Both the position numbers and the translations under genes were made by a program. Shown here in pieces: positions 62,825-64,000 of a DNA stretch of 64,000 bases (position 1 is the first letter of the stretch; each line of letters starts with the position of its first letter). The notes under the pieces were generated by a model. That model saw only the letters and a list, made by a program, of their open reading frames with translations. It did not search any database and had not been told where the DNA came from. Origin of the DNA: Heteronotia binoei (lineage: Eukaryota); the NCBI RefSeq assembly GCF_032191835.1, contig NC_083227.1, positions 23,188,001-23,252,000 on the forward strand, written 5' to 3'.

Positions 62825-64000
62825 TGTCACGAGCTGGGGCCAGGCCAGGCGAAGTCCAGGGGCAGTCCAAGGTCTGTAACCGGTGAGCAAGAGTGTCCAA
62901 GGTGCCAAAGCCAAATCGTTGTCCAGGTATCGTAGGTCAGAGGTTCAGAAGCCGTAGTCAGGGGGTCCAGAAGTCAAGCCAAGGTCAGGAGGTCCAAAGT
63001 CAAAAGCCGAAGTGGATGCTAGGACGTCAGGTAGATGACTAGTTGCTTCCACAAAGCCTCCTCCCAAAGCCTACAGCTATATAGCCCTCTGCTGGCTGTT
63101 GCCCATTTGGGCTAATTGCTGGCTCAGAGAGGCAGCCAGGATCCTGTTGCAACTCAAGCATCCTTGCTCTTAGAAGGGCCAGAATCCTCTCAAAACTCAG
63201 GGCTCAGGGAGCGTCTTGCTTGTGAGCGTGCCGCCCTCCTCCGATCCCTGAGGTCCTGACGGAGGCGGTCACGCACACGCGCCACCCGAGAGGGCGAGGC
63301 AGGGGGGCTGGGATCTTCTCCAGCAGGAGGCAGGGGCACTGGTGCAGGTGGCAGGGGCACAGTTTCTGCTGCAGGCTCAACTTCCTCTACAGGGTCCCCA
63401 GCACCCATGACACTATCCCCCCCCCCAGGGCCCCCCTCCGTCGAGGGGCCTGGGAGGTCGGGGTGGTCGTTGTGGAACCGTTGCACCAAGTCTGGGGCAT
63501 GAAGATTGTCCACGGGCTCCCAAGACCGGTCTTCTGGGCCGTATCCCTCCCAGTCCACAAGGTACTGGAGGCCTCCACGATGGTACCGGGAGTCCAGGAT
63601 CTGGCGCACCTCGTATTCTTCTTCATCATCCGCCAACACTGGTGGTGGTGGCGGTGGAGAAGGAGGCCGAGCTGGGTCAGGGCGTGCAGCTGGAACAAGG
63701 AGGGAGCGATGGAACACGGGGTGAATGCGGAGGTGGGGTGGCAACTGGAGCCTGAAGGCGACGGGGTTTATTTGTTCTAAGACAGGGTAGGGTCCAATGA
63801 ACCGCGCATCCAGCTTGTGAGACCGACCAGGCCGGCACAGGTAGCGAGTTGAGAGCCACACCTGATCCCCCGGCTGGATTGGGGGGCCTTCCTGCCTCTT
63901 CCGGTCCGCAGCTAGTTTATAGGCTTCCTTGGCCCGCTGTAGCTGCTCTCGAAGCAAGTCTTGGCTGGCGCGGAGTTCTTGCAGGTAGGCCTCAACGGCG
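62825..64000 (-). mobile_element. Chromodomain-bearing Ty3/Gypsy element, 3' end (runs out of the window), copy-B specific
   Basis: Integrase GPY/F module ([22 protein letters not shown]) and chromodomain ([11 protein letters not shown]...[17 protein letters not shown]). G-rich PPT at about 63413-63426. 3' LTR at 62825-63412 (TG...CA). The empty site tcaatatc|ttttg is at about 23566-23578. Confidence 0.92.

Noticed and set aside
1-64000. CRISPR arrays, operons or other prokaryotic systems
   Set aside because: No regularly spaced repeats or bacterial genes are present. Everything fits a spliced vertebrate locus plus eukaryotic transposons.

Overview
Vertebrate, squamate-type genomic DNA; the SINE, MITE and CR1 content suggests a gecko (inference). 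There is no prokaryotic content. The window is part of a vomeronasal type-2 receptor (V2R, class C GPCR) cluster built from a ~40-kb tandem duplication, with position 1 matching 40011 and about 3% exon divergence by hand count. Copy A (2953-24783, +) has all six canonical coding exons. Spliced, they give an 873-codon frame that is open except for one TGA at codon 18, at the end of the signal peptide. Copy B (exons 1-5, 42849-56355; exon 6 lies beyond the window) has the same TGA and no other lesion. Between the two lies a remnant of an older V2R paralog (intron pieces plus a frameshifted exon 6). The rest is transposons: a SCAN-gag Gmr1-like LTR element, a near-intact RTE LINE with a candidate HDV-like ribozyme in its 5' UTR, a young Mag-type Gypsy element, a chromodomain Gypsy element, CR1, L2 and L1 relics, tRNA-derived SINEs and hAT MITEs. 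The best leads are the shared stop in two otherwise intact receptors and the ribozyme-like fold. Edges of decayed repeats are approximate.
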